Shown here: in pieces, positions 44,566 through 54,621 of the stretch
How the letters are laid out: each line of letters opens with the position of its first letter
Numbering within the stretch: position 1 is the first letter of the stretch
Assembly: GCA_030426765.1 (NCBI GenBank)
Contig: JAUHXV010000009.1
Location: 10,633 to 74,632 of the forward strand
Source of the DNA: Bacteroidia bacterium
GTDB taxonomy: Bacteria; Bacteroidota; Bacteroidia; Chitinophagales; Saprospiraceae
Direction of reading: 5' to 3'
DNA: 64,000 nucleotides
Program-made: the position numbers and the translations under genes
Notes under the pieces: generated by a model
Told to the model about the DNA's origin: nothing
Database searches by the model: none
Seen by the model: the letters and a program-made list of their open reading frames with translations, nothing else

Positions 44566-47151
44566 ATGATGAATAAGACCTCTTGTTTTTTTGTGCTGTT
44601 TGTGATGACCACCTTCTTGCTGGCATGCAAGAGCACTCGCCAATCACAAACTTCCACGCCGAGCACCATGCCGGATTCTTTATTCATCACCCTCGACACC
44701 ATGGTGGTAAAGGCTGACGAAGAATGGGAGCCCGCGGTTGAAAAAGAATACCAGGCTACCCGAGAGCGCAAATGGGATTTGTTGCACACAAAATTAGACC
44801 TGGCGTTCGATTGGAAAAACGAAACCGTAATGGGTACAGCGACGCTTACCCTGACACCTCTTTTTTATGAGCAGTCCGTACTGGAGATCGACGCGGTCAA
44901 TTTTGACGTCCAACATCTTACAGTCAATGAAAAACACCTCAATTCATATGGCAACACAGGACGAGTGCTGGTGATTCCGTTGGACAGGAAGTATAAAAAA
45001 GGAGAAGAAGTCATCGTCGATATTGATTATAAAGTACAACCCCGAGCGACTGCACTGACTCCCGGTGGAGCGATTACGAGCAACAAAGGTTTGTTTTTTA
45101 TTGACCCGCAGGATACGATTCCCGGAAAGCCTCAGCAGATATGGACACAAGGGGAGACGCAGTACAGCAGCCAATGGTTTCCCACCATTGACAGTCCTAA
45201 TGAACGCGGTACTCAGGAGATCATACTCACCGTGAGCGATACGATGATGACCTTATCCAACGGATTGCTGGTGGCTTCCGAATCACTGTCCAACGGCATG
45301 CGCAGAGACCACTGGAAACTCGATATTCCCCATGCCCCGTACCTGGCCATGATAGCCGTCGGACAATGGGACAGAGAAGTAGATTACTGGCGGGGACGAA
45401 CTGTCGATTATTATGTTGATCCGGGATATGGTCCTTCTGCACGCACGATCTTTCAACATACGCCGGAGATGATAGAGTTTTTCTCAAAGGTCCTGAAATA
45501 CGATTTCGTTTGGCCTAAATATTCTCAGGTGATCGTAAAGGATTTTGTCACCGGAGCCATGGAAAATTCTTCCGCAGTGATCTACGGTGATTTTGTTCAG
45601 TTTAACAAAGATCATGTCTTTGAAGAAGGGATCAATGACTACATCGTCGCACATGAATTGTTTCACCAGTGGTTTGGCGATGTCGTCACATGTGAATCAT
45701 GGTCACATCTGGCGCTCAACGAAGGCTTTGCCAACTACGGGGAATACTTGTGGCAGGAGTTTAAGTACGGGAGGGAACAGGCAGACCTTACACGATTGAA
45801 TGAACTCAGTGGATATTTTGATCAGGCGGAAAACGAAGTACACCCGCTCATTGATTTCTACTATGATGAGGCGCAGGATATGTTTGACGCACACAGTTAT
45901 AATAAGGGTGGACTCGTGCTGCACATGCTGCGTGATATGGTTGGAGATGAAGCTTTTTATGCATCACTCAATCGCTACCTGAAGAGAAATGAATTTCAGG
46001 CCGTGGAGGTAGACGACCTGCGAAAAGCATTTGAAGATGTCACCGGTAAAGATCTCAGATGGTTTTTCGATCAATGGTATTTTGGCCTGGGTCATCCTGT
46101 TTTGAATATTTCTCATACCTACTTACCGGAGAAAAAGCAATTACAAATTGATGTCGAGCAGGTGCAGGCAGAAGAGGGATATACAGATCGGTTTATACTT
46201 CCCTTTGAAGTAGCGGTTTTGACAGAGTATTTAGAGATCTTCATTGAACAACTCCGGCTGACAAAGGTGTCGCAACGTTTTGTGATTGATGTTCCCTCTG
46301 TTCCTTCGGCAGTGATCATTGATCCCAGAGATATACTGCTTGCAGTAGTACACCATGATATGCCTTCTTCTGAGTATCCCATCCGGTCGCTGGCGCCTGT
46401 ATCCATCAATCACAGACTTTCTGCATTTCGTTTGATCGAGGAACCTGGCGATGATCTGATCGAAACCCTCCTGACAGATCCTTCCTATACCATGCGATTG
46501 CTGGCGATCAATCACCTGATTGAAGAAGGAGAAACCAACCGCGTGTATCAGGCCGCTAAATTTGAGACTAACCCCGAGATTCAATACTACGCCATGCAGG
46601 CGTTGTTTGAAAATGATCCGGCCAAAGCGAAAGACATTGCGATAAAACTTCTGGAGAAAACAAAGAAAGTGCCTATCATCTACGATGCGCTGATGGTGGT
46701 GGCAGAAGAAGACATTGATGAAGCTGTGCATTGGCTTGCACATTTTGAGAGCAATACATCGGAAGCATTATATGTAGCGCGTGCGTTTATTCGAGTCAGA
46801 AATGAATCCGCCCTAAGCCTGGATTTTTTTATGACCGATGAAGCTGCGCAGATTTCGGATGATTATCTGGAAGACCTGATCGCTGCCATGGCCCTTTGGT
46901 TGTCTGATCAACCTCAGCAAATGCAGGCAAAGGGTTTGGAGGTGATAGAGTCACCCTTTTATCTACAGTCCTCAGATTCTGAATACAGAAGATTCTACTT
47001 GATCACCGGTCTTCTGCCCCAGTATGTACAGGAAGACAATATGGTGTACCGGGAGATGATTCGACAGACGATTAACAACCTGTATCAAAAAGAATCAAAT
47101 CCGTATCTCAAAAATGTGTTAAAAGAAGGATTGGGAGATCTGTTGGATTAA
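44566..47151 (+). CDS. M1 family aminopeptidase N-like lipoprotein
   Basis: HELFHQWFGD and LNEGFANYGEY. Start set to MMNKTSCFFVLFVMTTFLLACKS (lipobox). Confidence 0.85.
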   Translation: MMNKTSCFFVLFVMTTFLLACKSTRQSQTSTPSTMPDSLFITLDTMVVKADEEWEPAVEKEYQATRERKWDLLHTKLDLAFDWKNETVMGTATLTLTPLFYEQSVLEIDAVNFDVQHLTVNEKHLNSYGNTGRVLVIPLDRKYKKGEEVIVDIDYKVQPRATALTPGGAITSNKGLFFIDPQDTIPGKPQQIWTQGETQYSSQWFPTIDSPNERGTQEIILTVSDTMMTLSNGLLVASESLSNGMRRDHWKLDIPHAPYLAMIAVGQWDREVDYWRGRTVDYYVDPGYGPSARTIFQHTPEMIEFFSKVLKYDFVWPKYSQVIVKDFVTGAMENSSAVIYGDFVQFNKDHVFEEGINDYIVAHELFHQWFGDVVTCESWSHLALNEGFANYGEYLWQEFKYGREQADLTRLNELSGYFDQAENEVHPLIDFYYDEAQDMFDAHSYNKGGLVLHMLRDMVGDEAFYASLNRYLKRNEFQAVEVDDLRKAFEDVTGKDLRWFFDQWYFGLGHPVLNISHTYLPEKKQLQIDVEQVQAEEGYTDRFILPFEVAVLTEYLEIFIEQLRLTKVSQRFVIDVPSVPSAVIIDPRDILLAVVHHDMPSSEYPIRSLAPVSINHRLSAFRLIEEPGDDLIETLLTDPSYTMRLLAINHLIEEGETNRVYQAAKFETNPEIQYYAMQALFENDPAKAKDIAIKLLEKTKKVPIIYDALMVVAEEDIDEAVHWLAHFESNTSEALYVARAFIRVRNESALSLDFFMTDEAAQISDDYLEDLIAAMALWLSDQPQQMQAKGLEVIESPFYLQSSDSEYRRFYLITGLLPQYVQEDNMVYREMIRQTINNLYQKESNPYLKNVLKEGLGDLLD

Positions 47152-47167
47152 ACCAAACCATCGTGGG

Positions 47168-47686
47168 TTATTCAAAATAGTCTGAGTAAGTGGCCAGATG
47201 CGATCGTATGACCAAAATTGCTTCCTTGCGTTCTGCTGTGTCAGCAGACACTATATATTTTGATGCAAACACGACATTCTTAAGAAAGTTAGCGTACTGC
47301 TTTTTTGCTTCTCCTTCATATTTATTTGAATAATAGGCATTATCCAGGGCTGCAGAGCAATCGGACATCATCTTTTTGTACACCTCATCGGTAGCCAGAG
47401 GGTCAACTTCCTTAATTACGGAGTCCAGTTTGAAAACATTATCGGCTGAAACACCATCGGACTTCCATTTTTCACCGTTATTTAATTCGACCGGAACAGT
47501 TTGCAATTGCAATTTTCCTGAATACGTTTCTGCAGGATCGGGAGTTGGTACCGGAGACACTTGTTCCTGGGGTGGCTCAGATTGATTTTCTTTTTCATCC
47601 ACATCTTTGGATGGGCCACAGGCCATAAAAAAAGGAAAGAAACAAAGGCTCAATAGTATTGAGCGGAAAGATATACGCATGTTCAA
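47168..47686 (-). CDS. hypothetical lipoprotein
   Basis: Signal plus lipobox FFMACGPS. No recognisable domain. Confidence 0.5.
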   Translation of the reverse strand: MNMRISFRSILLSLCFFPFFMACGPSKDVDEKENQSEPPQEQVSPVPTPDPAETYSGKLQLQTVPVELNNGEKWKSDGVSADNVFKLDSVIKEVDPLATDEVYKKMMSDCSAALDNAYYSNKYEGEAKKQYANFLKNVVFASKYIVSADTAERKEAILVIRSHLATYSDYFE

Positions 47687-47923
47687 AATAGGTGTTGAAG
47701 ATTGGCTGCAAAGGTAACGAATCTCTTACATTGTTATAATTAATCCTTTGGGGTCAAATTGAACACTAAGTTGCAGACGAAGATTCACAGTACCATCAAT
47801 GAATTGCACTTAGGCGAATCATACCTATATCTGAAGCCTGAACAGAAGAAGGGCCAAAGGGATTTGGCTGACGAGGATTACAAATGCGAGACCGGATACT
47901 TTTAACAGAGATCGGGTCTTACC

Positions 47924-47968
47924 CAAAAAGTAAAGAGTAACTGCCTGTTACAGCAGCTACTCTTTTAC
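47924..47968 (-). terminator. rho-independent terminator downstream of the RIC gene
   Basis: About 15-bp imperfect stem (gtaaagagtaactgc / gcagctactctttt ac). On the minus strand it is followed by ttttt. Confidence 0.6.
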
Positions 47969-47998
47969 CTTACTATGAAAACACACATTTTTTCACCG

Positions 47999-48712
47999 TT
48001 AATTTACATAATCGTCCTCGATTTTCAAAGCCATTGGAAAGAGAATGTTATTCTCCAGATGGATATGAAGGTGAAGATCCTGCTCAAATTCTTTCAACAT
48101 GGCAAAAGCAACGCGATACGTAGTACATCCGTCCTTGGGAGCCTGATAATGATCAGATAGTGCTGCTATCGTTCTGAACCGCTCGCCTTCCGTATCGTGC
48201 TCGTGCATCATAACCGAGACCGGACTGCCGATTGCACCTCTTGTCGTTTCCCCATAACTTCCTGAAGTCATCTTTCGAATACGCGGAAACAAAATCAATT
48301 CTTCTTTTTTCATGTGCTGAGCCAGGTCTCCGGCACATGCCTGAAACAGTTCATATATCTGAAACAGTTCAGGATGTCTTTCGCCATGAACCTTACAAAG
48401 TTTTTGCAGGAACTGCAGAATGACCGGTATCTTCTCCTCGACATAGCGATGATGTTTGGATTCAATATGATCGATCAGTCTGTCAGCCGACCATGATTTG
48501 TAATCTTCCTCATCAGACACTTCTGTGGCCAGTTGATTAATTTCCGACAGGACCGTAGCCACATCCAAATCCCGCTTTTCACATGCTTTGGTTAAGGGTG
48601 TGTTGCCTTTGCAACAAAAGTCAATTCCGTATTTGTCAAAGACTGCTGCAGTCCGAAAATTGCTTGCCACCACTTCTCCGACAGTTTTTTGATCATATGC
48701 TTCCATATTCAA
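47999..48712 (-). CDS. iron-sulfur cluster repair di-iron protein (RIC, ScdA/YtfE family)
   Basis: ScdA_N-like IDFCCKGN and hemerythrin-type His/Glu repeats (HHRYVEE, HMKKEE, HEHDTEGE, HIHLEN). Confidence 0.85.
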   Translation of the reverse strand: MNMEAYDQKTVGEVVASNFRTAAVFDKYGIDFCCKGNTPLTKACEKRDLDVATVLSEINQLATEVSDEEDYKSWSADRLIDHIESKHHRYVEEKIPVILQFLQKLCKVHGERHPELFQIYELFQACAGDLAQHMKKEELILFPRIRKMTSGSYGETTRGAIGSPVSVMMHEHDTEGERFRTIAALSDHYQAPKDGCTTYRVAFAMLKEFEQDLHLHIHLENNILFPMALKIEDDYVN

Positions 48713-48740
48713 TGTTTGTATTTAAATGTTTTCGATATAA

Positions 48741-48748
48741 CAAAGATA
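48741..48748 (-). promoter_or_regulatory. candidate -7 promoter box (TAtcTTTG) for the RIC gene
   Basis: The minus strand reads tatctttg, 28 nt upstream of ATG 48712. Confidence 0.4.
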
Positions 48749-48848
48749 GGGAATTTATATAATAAAGGACAAAAATGTCTTTTATTATATGGTGATCGTC
48801 AACACAGGCTTTTACACCCTCGTTTGTATTAGGAATTCAGCAGGCATG

Positions 48849-48885
48849 AAAAAAAACAAGCCGACCTGTTATGCAGATCGGCTTG
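48849..48885 (-). terminator. rho-independent terminator of the copper-monooxygenase-like gene
   Basis: The minus strand reads caagccga-loop-tcggcttg followed by a T8 run. Confidence 0.8.
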
Positions 48886-48909
48886 CCGAAAATGTATGTT
48901 GTATGTACG

Positions 48910-50487
48910 CTACTTAACCACGACCAGCTTTTGCGCCTGGATAAAATTTGTCCCCTCCATCTGCACAAAATAGGTGCCGGAAGGCCAGTGATTGAGGTCC
49001 ATAGTCTCGGTATGGCTGCCGGCCAACATCCATTCCTCAGAGGCCAGCGTTCGGATCACCTGACCGTTCATATTCATGACGCGAAGTGTAATATGATCAG
49101 CCTGTTCCAATGCAAAATTGACATACGCCAGATCATTGGCCGGATTGGGCACCACAGGCGATAAATGGTGATTGACAAAACTCAGGTCCGGATCATCCAC
49201 CGAGGTCGTTTCATCTTCAAAAACCACATTCTCATCGCCGTTTTGATACAACACAAATGAAATAGGGAGGAACAACATCTCATCTGTAGTTTTCTCACCC
49301 CAGGTTACAAAATTTGGAGGGTTATTCGGGTTGCTCGGGTTGTTCGTTGTATTATCATACGTGGCATACGCATGCAGCGTGGTTCCCGGTTCGATGATGA
49401 TGTATTTTTTAAAATTATAGGATCCCTGCCAATTGAAATCCCAATCCGGAATCCGGATCAGATTAGTCGTATCCCCTTGCGCGTTTACAGTGTACACCTC
49501 AAACGACTGACCGAGCAAGTGGGCATGCGGCCATATGGCAAATACACTCACCTTGATGGGAGAGGTAAACTCACAATGGAATGTTTTGACAGTATTGGGA
49601 GCAATGATAAATGGTCCGTTTGTGATGTACGGGGCAAACGGTAAGAAGATGATATTCTGCACCTGTCGTGTGACGGGTTCTTTCTTGAAGAAAATATTGA
49701 CCGTAGAACTGTCCTTTTCCGGAAACGGTTTTGGACCGTAATGCATTTGCATCAGGATATCTGAGCCCGCAGGCAATATCTGTCCCGTGCCTTCCGGATA
49801 GGGTATTGGTTTCTGACCCGGGACATAGCCCGGAAACATTCTTTCAAACGCGCTATTCACTCCAAAACCACCAAATCCATCGTAGCCGTATCCGGGATCC
49901 GCTTCGTCCAGCGCACGGGCTTCTCCAGTATTGTCAGAACTGAACAAAGCATGGTGAACGATACTCGTATTGCCTGGACGCAATTCAATTGTTGAAATTT
50001 GTTTGTCTTCATTGAGACCGGTGGGCAAAACAAATACCCTGTACTCATCCTGATTGCCTCCCACATGTTCAAAGGCTTCCGCCATAGAAAGCACCAAATC
50101 CGGTGTGCCGATTTGCGATCCGGTTGGAAATTCTGGCAGATCCGGTTCTTCAGCTGCATTCCCATAAGGTGTTCCAGCCTCAACCCACTCCGCGATCAGG
50201 TCAATATCCTCCTGCGACAGAAATCGCTCACCCTGAAAGCGGGAGTACTCAGGATCTGCCTTCCACGGGGGCATGTATCGGATAGAGGTAACGTATTCGA
50301 TCATCGGCGCCCAGGGTCTGATCTCATCATAATTTGTCATGGAGAAAGGTCCGATCTCATTGGGACGGTGACACTGCGTGCAGTTGTTATAGATGATCGG
50401 CGCGATATCTTTTGTAAAGGTCACATCCTGCGCCGTTGCAAAAGCGGTGCCGGCCAGAAAAATGAGCGTGGAGAATATGTACTTCAT
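48910..50487 (-). CDS. cytochrome c domain fused to a PHM/DBH-like copper type II monooxygenase fold, with T9SS C-terminal sorting domain
   Basis: CTQCH haem site. IVHHALF, MQMHYGP, WPHAHLLG and TTDEMLFLP match the CuH (HH..H) and CuM (HxH..M) ligand pattern. C-terminal VVPNPANDLAYVNF...GTYFVQMEG...KLVVVK. Confidence 0.65.
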   Translation of the reverse strand: MKYIFSTLIFLAGTAFATAQDVTFTKDIAPIIYNNCTQCHRPNEIGPFSMTNYDEIRPWAPMIEYVTSIRYMPPWKADPEYSRFQGERFLSQEDIDLIAEWVEAGTPYGNAAEEPDLPEFPTGSQIGTPDLVLSMAEAFEHVGGNQDEYRVFVLPTGLNEDKQISTIELRPGNTSIVHHALFSSDNTGEARALDEADPGYGYDGFGGFGVNSAFERMFPGYVPGQKPIPYPEGTGQILPAGSDILMQMHYGPKPFPEKDSSTVNIFFKKEPVTRQVQNIIFLPFAPYITNGPFIIAPNTVKTFHCEFTSPIKVSVFAIWPHAHLLGQSFEVYTVNAQGDTTNLIRIPDWDFNWQGSYNFKKYIIIEPGTTLHAYATYDNTTNNPSNPNNPPNFVTWGEKTTDEMLFLPISFVLYQNGDENVVFEDETTSVDDPDLSFVNHHLSPVVPNPANDLAYVNFALEQADHITLRVMNMNGQVIRTLASEEWMLAGSHTETMDLNHWPSGTYFVQMEGTNFIQAQKLVVVK

Positions 50488-50507
50488 GTTGGAAAGTTTC
50501 TATGGTG

Positions 50508-51056
50508 TTACTCCTTGTGCTGATCAAAGTTAATAAAACATCCAATGGCCTGTGTTTCTGTGAGTTGCTCCGGCACCCTGCCATCGATCCAGGATTCGAT
50601 CATGTCTTCCAGATCATGATGTTGCGGATGCAGCTTGCGCTTACCTACGCGCACATAACTATCGTCGATACGGCCCCGATAGATGAGGCGATCGGAACGA
50701 TGATCCCACACGGCTACCTCAGGTGTCACGGTGATATTGAATTTTTCTACCCACGTTTTATCATAATCGCCTTCCAGCGGAAAAGACAGATGATATTCTC
50801 TGCCAAAATCAGTGATGCGCTCAGGCGATGAAATCGCATTCGGGAAATAGCCGATAAAACCCACATGCTTCTCCTGGTAGGTATCATACAGACGTGTCAA
50901 CTCCGGAGTAAAGTACTGACTGATCAGGCATTCATCAAGCAGAAAAACATAAACGGTCAGACTATCCTGCTCAAGGGCCGAAAGTTGATGGCTGTCACGC
51001 CTGACTTCTGGTTGAGACAGGGAACACAATAAAGAAATAAGGATTGCAGTCAACAT
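50508..51056 (-). CDS. thioredoxin-fold (redoxin/AhpC-TSA-like) protein with CxxS in place of CxxC
   Basis: VYVFLLDECLISQYFTPEL at the position of the redox motif. Lies 20 nt upstream of the monooxygenase-like gene on the same strand. Confidence 0.5.
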   Translation of the reverse strand: MLTAILISLLCSLSQPEVRRDSHQLSALEQDSLTVYVFLLDECLISQYFTPELTRLYDTYQEKHVGFIGYFPNAISSPERITDFGREYHLSFPLEGDYDKTWVEKFNITVTPEVAVWDHRSDRLIYRGRIDDSYVRVGKRKLHPQHHDLEDMIESWIDGRVPEQLTETQAIGCFINFDQHKE

Positions 51057-51249
51057 CTGTTCAAAGGTAAGGTCGTCAACCCCAACACGCCAGCTATTAA
51101 CGTATAATTAATGTGTTGATAGGCTCGATAAGTAGGGCGGTAAGTCAAAACCGATATGATTCGTGTGTTGAATTCATCACGTTAACCTTTTCTTAATCTG
51201 CTTGTTATTAGGTAGGAAATTAAAATTCCCCCTATTTTTGTCATCGGAT

Positions 51250-51687
51250 ATGGCCAGAGTATTCAGCACATATGTCTTTACAGCCGTCATGCTGCTTTCG
51301 CAGCTTGGCCTGCCACTGCAACTGCATTATTGCAAAGGGATGCTGGAGTCTGTGTCCGTCTTTTTCAGCTCGGGATGCGAGCACCATGCCGAACCACCCG
51401 TGACTATTTCAAAGAAATCATGTTGCCAGGCAGAAGCGCCTACAGGTTGTGAGGCAACAGATAACGGGTGTTGTGATGACGAATTAAAGTTCATATCTCA
51501 GGACATTACCTTGGTCCTCTCCCAAATCGTAAAATGGACGGATGTCCAACAGATTTGGCCAACTACCGTATTGCCTGAAATTTCTGATGATCAGTCCGGT
51601 GAGGACCACCATCTCTTTTTGCATGCAGGCACTGATTCGGGTCCACCGATTTATATTCTGCAACACGCCCTGATTTTCTACGGCTGA
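51250..51687 (+). CDS. HYC_CC_PP-type small membrane-anchored protein (family name recalled, not verified)
   Basis: LQLHYCKG, GCCDDE and SGPPIY motifs in that order, after one N-terminal TM segment. Confidence 0.55.
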   Translation: MARVFSTYVFTAVMLLSQLGLPLQLHYCKGMLESVSVFFSSGCEHHAEPPVTISKKSCCQAEAPTGCEATDNGCCDDELKFISQDITLVLSQIVKWTDVQQIWPTTVLPEISDDQSGEDHHLFLHAGTDSGPPIYILQHALIFYG

Positions 51688-51796
51688 TGAATGATTAAAC
51701 CGCTTTAACCTTCTCGATGGGAGGTTGACCTTGTACTGTTTCGCACATGTGCAAGGTGAAATGTAATACAGTGTTTAATTATTCAATCCTTAAGTC

Positions 51797-52174
51797 ATGA
51801 AATCAATTTATAAAATTCCACATACAATTATTCTAACGCTTCTTATGCTGTTCGGTACAGCGCTTTCGCTATCAGCTCAGTCCGACCAGTCAAAAGGAAA
51901 TCAAACCATCTCTTTTAAAGTGTATGGGGTCTGCGACGACTGCAAAGAGCGCATTGAGTCCGCTGCGATGGATTCGAAAGGGGTTAAGAAGGCGGAATGG
52001 GATAAACAATCCAATGTCCTCGTACTTGTCGGCTCACCCAAAATGGACAAGATGAAAGTCGCCAAGTCCGTATCCAAAGCCGGCTACCATTCAGAGTATA
52101 TGGAAGCTGATGAAAAGGCATTTGCTAAACTTCCCGGGTGCTGCCAGTATGAAGACGGCGTCGAAAAGCACTGA
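51797..52174 (+). CDS. heavy-metal-associated (HMA) domain protein, secreted
   Basis: Signal peptide, then ISFKVYGVCDDCKERIESAAMDSKGVKKAEW (HMA fold with CxxC). Confidence 0.7.
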   Translation: MKSIYKIPHTIILTLLMLFGTALSLSAQSDQSKGNQTISFKVYGVCDDCKERIESAAMDSKGVKKAEWDKQSNVLVLVGSPKMDKMKVAKSVSKAGYHSEYMEADEKAFAKLPGCCQYEDGVEKH

Positions 52175-52179
52175 TTTGT

Positions 52180-54444
52180 ATGAAGACGCGTAGTGTATTA
52201 ATTGCTATTCTGTTGGGGGTAGCATGGATAGGGTATGGACAGAGCATTTCCGTCAAAGGCGTCGTCATGGAAGAGCGGAAAAATGGTTCGCTGATCCCGA
52301 TGGAGTTTGTGACAGTGTACTGGCAAAAAAGTTCAACGAATACAACGACGGATTCGACTGGCTACTTCTTTATTGCCCATGGTCCGGAAGACGGAGATGT
52401 GCTCATCTTCCAGTTTCTCGGATACACACCAGACACAGTTAAAGTAGAACCGGGACAATACCTGTCGGTGGTGTTTAAAGAACAAGCCAGCCAACTGGAT
52501 GAGGTCGTTGTTGGGTATCGAAAGCGTACAACCGAAATCTCTTTTTTGGATCCGCTGCAGGTACAGAATATCTCGAAAGACGAACTGTTTAAAGCCGCCT
52601 GCTGTAATCTGTCGGAAAGTTTTGAAACCAACGCGACGGTGGATGTGAGTTTTACTGACGCAGTAACCGGAGCAAAGCAAATTCAGATGCTGGGCCTGTC
52701 GGGAAAATATACGCTCATCAGCCAGGAGCAAATACCCGGAGTGAGAGGGATTGCCAATCCTTTCGGCATGGTGTATACTCCCGGTGCCTGGATTGAATCC
52801 ATACAAATCAGCAAAGGAGCAGGTTCCGTAGTGCAGGGGTATGAAAGTATGACCGGACAGATCAATGTCGAAGTTAAAAAGCCGGCAGATGAAGACAAAC
52901 TCCTGTTGAATGGATATTTCAACGAGTCCACCCGGGCAGAACTGAACCTCTTCTCCAGAGCAAAGCTGAGTCCGATGCTCAGTACTGCATTTTTGGGGCA
53001 CTACAGTGCCCGTCCCACAGAGCACGACCGCAACAATGACAGCTTTATGGACATGCCAACAGGTAGCTTGCTCACATTGGCGAATAAATGGGATTATCAC
53101 AATAACAAAAGCGGAGTTGAAGGTCAGCTAAACGTCCAATGGCTGCAGGACAGAAAAGAAGGAGGTCAAACCGATCACCAGGAACATCACCATCCTCTGT
53201 ACCGCACAAAAATCGACGCTGATCGGATTGATGCGTATGCCAAACTTGGATACGTGTTTGCCGATAAGCGCTATAATTCCTTAGGATCACAATGGGGATT
53301 TACACGCCATACGCAACAGGCCACAATAGGCAACAATGAGTATGATGCCGCCCAGACTTCGCTCTACGGCAACTGGCTTTATCAATCCATTTTTGGCGAT
53401 ACCCGACACAAGTATGTTACAGGCCTGAGCTTTCGGTATGAGGACTACGATGAAACATTTCGCGGAACCAAATACGATTTTGAGGAAATCGTACCAGGTG
53501 CTTTTTTCGAATACACCTACGTGCCGGATGATCGCTTTACGCTCGTCGCAGGCATACGATCTGACCACCACAATCTCTACGGCTGGTTGATCAATCCGCG
53601 ACTTCATCTGAGATATGCGCCGAGCGAATCAACCGTCTTTCGCGCTTCGGCCGGAAGCGGTATGCGCACCCCTTTACCTTTCGCTGAAAATCTGGGCTGG
53701 ATGGCAAGTTCCAGAGAATGGACTGTGGGTAAGCCGGGACAGACACAGAACAATTATCCGTACAACGGACTTGAGATGGAAAAAGCCTGGAACATGGGCG
53801 TAAGCGTGACGCAGGAATTTACCCTTGACTATCGAAGTGGATTACTGGCTGTTGATTTCTTTCATACGCGCTTTACAGATCGGGCTATTCCCGACCTGGA
53901 TATTAGTCCGCAGCAACTCGTGGTATACAACCTGGACGGCAATGCCTATGCCAATACCTTTCAGATCGAAGCCCAGTACGAAGTGTTGAAAAGGCTGGAT
54001 CTGAAGGTTGCGTATAAATTGCAGGATGCACAAATTGCATATCAGGATAAGGGGTTAAGGAGACAGATCTTTACACCGGAGTCAAGGTTTTTTGTTAACC
54101 TTTCCTATATCTCCAGCTTGGCATTGTATAAAGGCCATTGGCGCATCAATGCGACCGCACACTACACCGGACAGCAGCGTATCCCAGATACCTACACCAA
54201 TCCGGAGGATTTTCAATTGAAAAGTCAATCGCCCGGTTACTGGTTGTTCAACTCCCAGCTGACGCGAGTATTCAGTAAGCAGTTTGAAGTATATATTGGT
54301 GTTGAAAACATAGCCAATTACAAACAGGCGCCGGTCATCATAGATGCTGAAGATCCGTTTAGCCCCTATTTTGACAGTGGATTGATCTGGGGCCCGATTT
54401 TTGGAAGAGAGTGGTATGTAGGATTTCGGTATATGTTGAAGTGA
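52180..54444 (+). CDS. TonB-dependent receptor with CarboxypepD_reg-like N-terminal domain
   Basis: SISVKGVVME...FLGYTPDTV (carboxypeptidase-regulatory-like), plug region, and C-terminal barrel ending WYVGFRYMLK. Confidence 0.85.
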   Translation: MKTRSVLIAILLGVAWIGYGQSISVKGVVMEERKNGSLIPMEFVTVYWQKSSTNTTTDSTGYFFIAHGPEDGDVLIFQFLGYTPDTVKVEPGQYLSVVFKEQASQLDEVVVGYRKRTTEISFLDPLQVQNISKDELFKAACCNLSESFETNATVDVSFTDAVTGAKQIQMLGLSGKYTLISQEQIPGVRGIANPFGMVYTPGAWIESIQISKGAGSVVQGYESMTGQINVEVKKPADEDKLLLNGYFNESTRAELNLFSRAKLSPMLSTAFLGHYSARPTEHDRNNDSFMDMPTGSLLTLANKWDYHNNKSGVEGQLNVQWLQDRKEGGQTDHQEHHHPLYRTKIDADRIDAYAKLGYVFADKRYNSLGSQWGFTRHTQQATIGNNEYDAAQTSLYGNWLYQSIFGDTRHKYVTGLSFRYEDYDETFRGTKYDFEEIVPGAFFEYTYVPDDRFTLVAGIRSDHHNLYGWLINPRLHLRYAPSESTVFRASAGSGMRTPLPFAENLGWMASSREWTVGKPGQTQNNYPYNGLEMEKAWNMGVSVTQEFTLDYRSGLLAVDFFHTRFTDRAIPDLDISPQQLVVYNLDGNAYANTFQIEAQYEVLKRLDLKVAYKLQDAQIAYQDKGLRRQIFTPESRFFVNLSYISSLALYKGHWRINATAHYTGQQRIPDTYTNPEDFQLKSQSPGYWLFNSQLTRVFSKQFEVYIGVENIANYKQAPVIIDAEDPFSPYFDSGLIWGPIFGREWYVGFRYMLK

Positions 54445-54621
54445 GTTTGGCGCCTGATGGCAAGATATTTTATGAATAAATCATTGCTTCGGGAACTTTT
54501 TTAACCCATTCCTGATATCGATGGAAGGCCTTCGTTTGTAGAAAACACCATGTGTGATTTGATTTTTTACATTACTTTGGAGTTGTACAATACGATTCCT
54601 TCACCATCAAAACGAAAATAA

